Shown one piece after another: positions 29,170 through 32,000 of a stretch of DNA of 32,000 nt. Both the position numbers and the translations under genes were made by a program. The notes beneath the pieces were generated by a model. The model made no database searches, was not told the DNA's origin, and saw nothing but the letters and a program-made list of their open reading frames with translations. Each line of letters starts with the position of its first letter. Within the stretch, counting starts at the first letter, position 1. This DNA comes from Pelorhabdus rhamnosifermentans (GTDB lineage: Bacteria; Bacillota; Negativicutes; UMGS1260): NCBI RefSeq assembly GCF_018835585.1, contig NZ_JAHGVE010000006.1, forward strand, positions 71,825-103,824. Direction: 5' to 3'.

Positions 29170-30642
29170 CTAGGATAATACTTCAATAACAAAATCAGGC
29201 AACGTCAGCCGGCCATCTAAACACGTCAAGGTAATCGAAGCATCACTTTGCCTGACCAGACGAATTTGCCGGCCCTGTTCCGTCTTCGCGGTGTGATTTT
29301 GACTAGCCATACATTTACCGATCCACGCCAACAAAGTTTTCCGAATAAACGGTTCCTGCACAGGCAACTGAGCGATGACAATCCGGTTGTTCTCAATGAT
29401 GGAGTCAATCAGTTCCTGCTCCCGGCGCCGTTCAGCCAAGTACTGCTCCAAAGCAGCAGTTTTCTCCGCCGCGCGTCCTATAACAGCCCCTGGACGCCGT
29501 TTCTCCCGATAAGTATTTGTACGCGGTTTCACCGTAATCTTCATAGGAGCCACTTGCCAGACCGACTGGTACATATTTTCACTTTCCGCCTGATCGGCAA
29601 AAACATGCCGGACCTGAGACAAGCCAAACAGCATTGCCGACAGGGCATGCGCCTCAGCAATGCTGTTCTCTTGTGCAAACCAGGTGGCAAGATGAAGATA
29701 ATCCTTATAACGATTGCGTACATTTTGCTGCTTCTCACCAATTCGCTGTACAAAGCGGGTAATGCGGCGAATCGTTTCTGTTGTTTCATTTTCCAATGAT
29801 GTCAGTTCACTGGCCCGGCCCGGAATACCCAAAAACCAGTCCCGCAAGCTTTGCCACTGGTCCTGATACTTGAGTACAAATTCCTCATGACTCAACGTTT
29901 CCTCCAGTCGCGGAATCGACAGCTGATAACTGGCAAGCTCCTGTGCGGCCCGCTCAAAAACCTCCGTTTCAAAATTACGCAAAATGCTTTCAATATTATA
30001 AGAAACCTGCTGCAAACCTAAAATGAATTTACGCAAATAATCGGCAAAGGAATCTTTATAAACCAGAAAAGCCTCGGTCATCATCCGTTCTTCTACTTTC
30101 TCACTTTTCAAATGGGCTAAATAATCAGAAGCACTTTGTACGATCTTTTTAAAATACGAATACACATCTTCCCAGGCCTGATTCAGTTCTGATCCCTGTC
30201 CGGTTTTAGCCTCCTCCTGAAATCGTGACAGGGACTGAAACAATCTGTCGAACATCGTCGTTTCCAGTGATCCGCCAAAAGAATTACCTATTTCATAAAG
30301 ATGCTCAACCATGCGCTCAATTTCCACTGTATAAGGCGTACACTGATAACGGAATTTTTTTCGTTTAAAATCTTCTATTGTCATCACGCGGCCTGTTTCC
30401 TGACGTGGAATAAGATTTTTCCATTCCACAAGCTGCTTCAAATCCTGCTGCAACTCATCTTCCGTATAATCGGCAAAAACTTCATCCTGTCTCAAATACT
30501 GATAAACATCTTCAGGGAAGAGGTATTGACGCATTTTTTCATGCTGAACATAAAAATAGTGCAAAATTCCCCGGTAGCGCCGCACATTTCCAGCTGATAA
30601 ATAAGTTGTTTCTGGAATGGCTTTTAAACATTTATCATCCAT
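29170..30642 (-). CDS. jetA: JetA-like protein (Wadjet type II; DUF2397/TIGR02677-like; MksF/kleisin-equivalent position)
   Basis: 490 aa. The track start at 30645 is a TTG. The adjacent ATG (30642) lies 7 nt after AAGGAG. It is the first gene of the cassette, and the assignment rests on size and position. Confidence 0.55.
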   Translation of the reverse strand: MDDKCLKAIPETTYLSAGNVRRYRGILHYFYVQHEKMRQYLFPEDVYQYLRQDEVFADYTEDELQQDLKQLVEWKNLIPRQETGRVMTIEDFKRKKFRYQCTPYTVEIERMVEHLYEIGNSFGGSLETTMFDRLFQSLSRFQEEAKTGQGSELNQAWEDVYSYFKKIVQSASDYLAHLKSEKVEERMMTEAFLVYKDSFADYLRKFILGLQQVSYNIESILRNFETEVFERAAQELASYQLSIPRLEETLSHEEFVLKYQDQWQSLRDWFLGIPGRASELTSLENETTETIRRITRFVQRIGEKQQNVRNRYKDYLHLATWFAQENSIAEAHALSAMLFGLSQVRHVFADQAESENMYQSVWQVAPMKITVKPRTNTYREKRRPGAVIGRAAEKTAALEQYLAERRREQELIDSIIENNRIVIAQLPVQEPFIRKTLLAWIGKCMASQNHTAKTEQGRQIRLVRQSDASITLTCLDGRLTLPDFVIEVLS

Positions 30643-30869
30643 CAAAGTTCTCCTTGTTCTGTATCATCCTTAATTTCAGCAGCTATTTTACAATCAGCAT
30701 AGACAAATAAAATTCCTTATAATCAAATAAAACAGTCAATCTTGACTTATTTCCCGATTTTTCGCCTAAATTCCTCTTTCAAGAATCATAAATTGAAAAA
30801 TCCCATTGACTGTCCACTCTACGGATGCACTCTTTTCCCAAGGCTAATCCAGTATGCAGCGCTGTATTT

Positions 30870-30966
30870 TTATCCACATATCCACAATGCTGTTTTACTT
30901 GGCATTGTGGATAATGTGGATAAGCCTGTTTATAACCCAATGTTTCGTACCTATAGTTGTGGATAA
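30870..30966. promoter_or_regulatory. Cluster of five DnaA boxes (four perfect TTATCCACA, one ATATCCACA)
   Basis: TTATCCACA at 30870-30878 and ATATCCACA at 30878-30886 lie in one orientation. TGTGGATAA at 30906-30914, 30915-30923 and 30958-30966 lie in the other. The first four form a near-perfect 21-bp inverted repeat around an 11-nt spacer. Confidence 0.6.
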
Positions 30967-31051
30967 CCTTGTGATTAATGCCCTAATCGCCCATGCAACT
31001 GCGATCATCAGGCGGGAGAGGGAATTCAGGGAAAAGGAGGACGAACCATAC

Positions 31052-31099
31052 AAAAAAAGCTGCCTCAAACAGGTGTTAAAAAACCTATTTCGAGACAGC
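31052..31099 (-). terminator. Rho-independent terminator of the tRNA/rnpB operon
   Basis: On the minus strand, GCTGTCTCgAAATAGGT-ttttta-ACACCTGTTTGAGGCAGC forms a long stem with G-U pairs only in this orientation, followed by T7. It lies about 30 nt downstream of tRNA-Gly. Confidence 0.65.
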
Positions 31100-31130
31100 C
31101 TCTTTACGATTTGGTTTGCCGTTAATTTTA

Positions 31131-31205
31131 TGGAGCGGAAAACGAGATTCGAACTCGCGACCCTCGCCTTGGCAAGGCGATGCTCTACCACTGAGCTACT
31201 TCCGC
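31131..31205 (-). tRNA. tRNA-Gly (anticodon GCC), CCA encoded
   Basis: The reverse complement is GCGGAAGTAGCTCAGTGGTAGAGCATCGCCTTGCCAAGGCGAGGGTCGCGAGTTCGAATCTCGTTTTCCGCTCCA. It folds by hand into a full cloverleaf with anticodon loop TTGCCAA. Confidence 0.9.
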
Positions 31206-31282
31206 ATGACTATATTATGACGAACCTGATCAGATTTGGATCAACGATCTTCGCCGTGACAGGACACGTTATCTAGAAATTT

Positions 31283-31358
<76 letters not shown>

Positions 31359-31372
31359 GTTTATAAGAAAGT

Positions 31373-31449
31373 TGGTGGCCCCGGCAGGATTCGAACCTGC
31401 GACCCTTTGATTCGAAGTCAAACGCTCTATCCAGCTGAGCTACGGAGTC
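31373..31449 (-). tRNA. tRNA-Arg (anticodon TCG), CCA encoded; acceptor stem has an A2-C71 mismatch
   Basis: The reverse complement is GACTCCGTAGCTCAGCTGGATAGAGCGTTTGACTTCGAATCAAAGGGTCGCAGGTTCGAATCCTGCCGGGGCCACCA. The D, anticodon (loop CTTCGAA) and T arms are canonical. The acceptor stem GACTCCG/CGGGGCC has one mismatch and one G-U pair. Confidence 0.75.
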
Positions 31450-31461
31450 TCTATATCAAAA

Positions 31462-31813
31462 CAGCCTTCTTTAGAAACCATAAGCCAGTTTCTGTTTTAG
31501 AAAATTATCTATCTAACGCTAATACAGCGTTCTTCCTTTTGGTTCGTATTCCCTACAGGAAGCTCCCCTACCGAAATTTGGGTTTCTGCCTCGTGGAGTT
31601 TACCGCTTTTCACTAGGTTGTCACCAACCTACTCACTCTCTGTGCACTTTATGATTACTTTCAACTACGTGAGTCGATTTCATCGTCGTCAGAGCTAAGC
31701 TCTGCCCCATCTTGCGATGGGCACGAACATTACGGCCATCACAGGTCGTGGCAGTCTGGACTTTCCTCAATACTGCCTAACGCAGTACCGCAATTTTCCG
31801 TTTCTAAAGCTGA
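31462..31813 (-). ncRNA. rnpB: RNase P RNA (rnpB), bacterial type A; ends approximate
   Basis: The minus strand carries the universal P4 elements GAGGAAAGTCCAGAC (5' side; plus-strand GGACTTTCCTC at about 31759-31769) and ACAGAAACTGGCTTAT (3' side). It also carries GCGGTAAACTCCAC and CCCAAATTTCGGTAGGGG, which resemble E. coli M1 RNA. P1 pairing is CTTTAGAAAC / GTTTCTAAAG. Length is about 350 nt. Confidence 0.8.
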
Positions 31814-31891
31814 CTGGATTTTTACCGGAGCCCAAAATGCCGTCTCTTTGTATGGACATAGCTAAGATAACATTTCATTTCAGGCAAACAT

Positions 31892-31966
31892 TGGAGGCGA
31901 CACCCAGATTCGAACTAGGGAATTAAGGTCTTGCGAACCTTAGCCTTACCACTTGGCCATATCGCC
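31892..31966 (-). tRNA. tRNA-Cys (anticodon GCA), CCA encoded; anticodon loop reads TCGCAAG (C at position 33)
   Basis: The reverse complement is GGCGATATGGCCAAGTGGTAAGGCTAAGGTTCGCAAGACCTTAATTCCCTAGTTCGAATCTGGGTGTCGCCTCCA. The overall sequence is very similar to Firmicute tRNA-Cys, with a 3-bp D stem and an A13-A22-type mismatch. The anticodon stem is AAGGT/ACCTT. Confidence 0.75.
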
Positions 31967-32000
31967 ATTCTGGATTTCCTATTGTATCAGATTACTTAAC

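Noticed and set aside
30650-30966. Calling this region the chromosomal oriC
   Set aside because: The window contains only DnaA boxes and AT-rich DNA. There is no dnaA, dnaN or rpmH context, and no skew information is available. It is reported as a DnaA-box cluster only.
30742-31276. ORFs 30742-30966 +, 30854-31276 + and 30895-31191 -
   Set aside because: They run through the DnaA-box cluster, the operon terminator and tRNA-Gly. They have no RBS and no recognisable protein features.
31407-31926. ORFs 31407-31616 + and 31717-31926 +
   Set aside because: They lie antisense to tRNA-Arg, rnpB and tRNA-Cys, so they are artefacts of structured RNA genes.

Overview
Low-GC, Firmicute-like chromosomal segment. 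GGAGG-type RBSs, a signal-peptide outer-membrane beta-barrel gene and a type-A RNase P RNA suggest a diderm Firmicute (Negativicutes-like); this is inference only. From left to right: (1) 1-13.4 kb holds housekeeping and accessory metabolism and transport genes. These are the 3' end of a LivK-like binding protein, a dhaKLM-glyoxalase operon, two MFS transporters, a class-III aminotransferase with a PucR regulator, an orphan RelA/SpoT-domain protein, an AraC regulator, an OMP and a DnaQ-like exonuclease. Several decayed genes are interspersed: an Fe-ADH remnant, an MDR-ADH remnant and a frameshifted SMR pump. (2) 13.46-22.1 kb is a complete-looking type I-C CRISPR-Cas locus on the minus strand (cas3-cas5-cas8c-cas7-cas4-cas1-cas2-leader-array). 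The array has 14 repeats and 13 spacers, but cas1 carries a frameshift. (3) 22.5-30.6 kb is a tightly coupled four-gene minus-strand operon, the most notable system in the window. It encodes proteins of 490, 403, about 1382 (SMC/Rad50-like ATPase with a very long coiled coil) and 445 aa (C-terminal Toprim E...DxD). I interpret it as a Wadjet type II-like JetABCD anti-plasmid system (TIGR02677-02680-type cassette). The family itself is described, but this subtype is poorly characterised. (4) 30.65-32.0 kb contains a dense cluster of five DnaA boxes, then a minus-strand stable-RNA operon (tRNA-Cys, rnpB, tRNA-Arg, tRNA-Val, tRNA-Gly) with one terminator. No transposase, integrase or rRNA was seen. 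All family assignments rest on motifs read by eye; no database search was possible.
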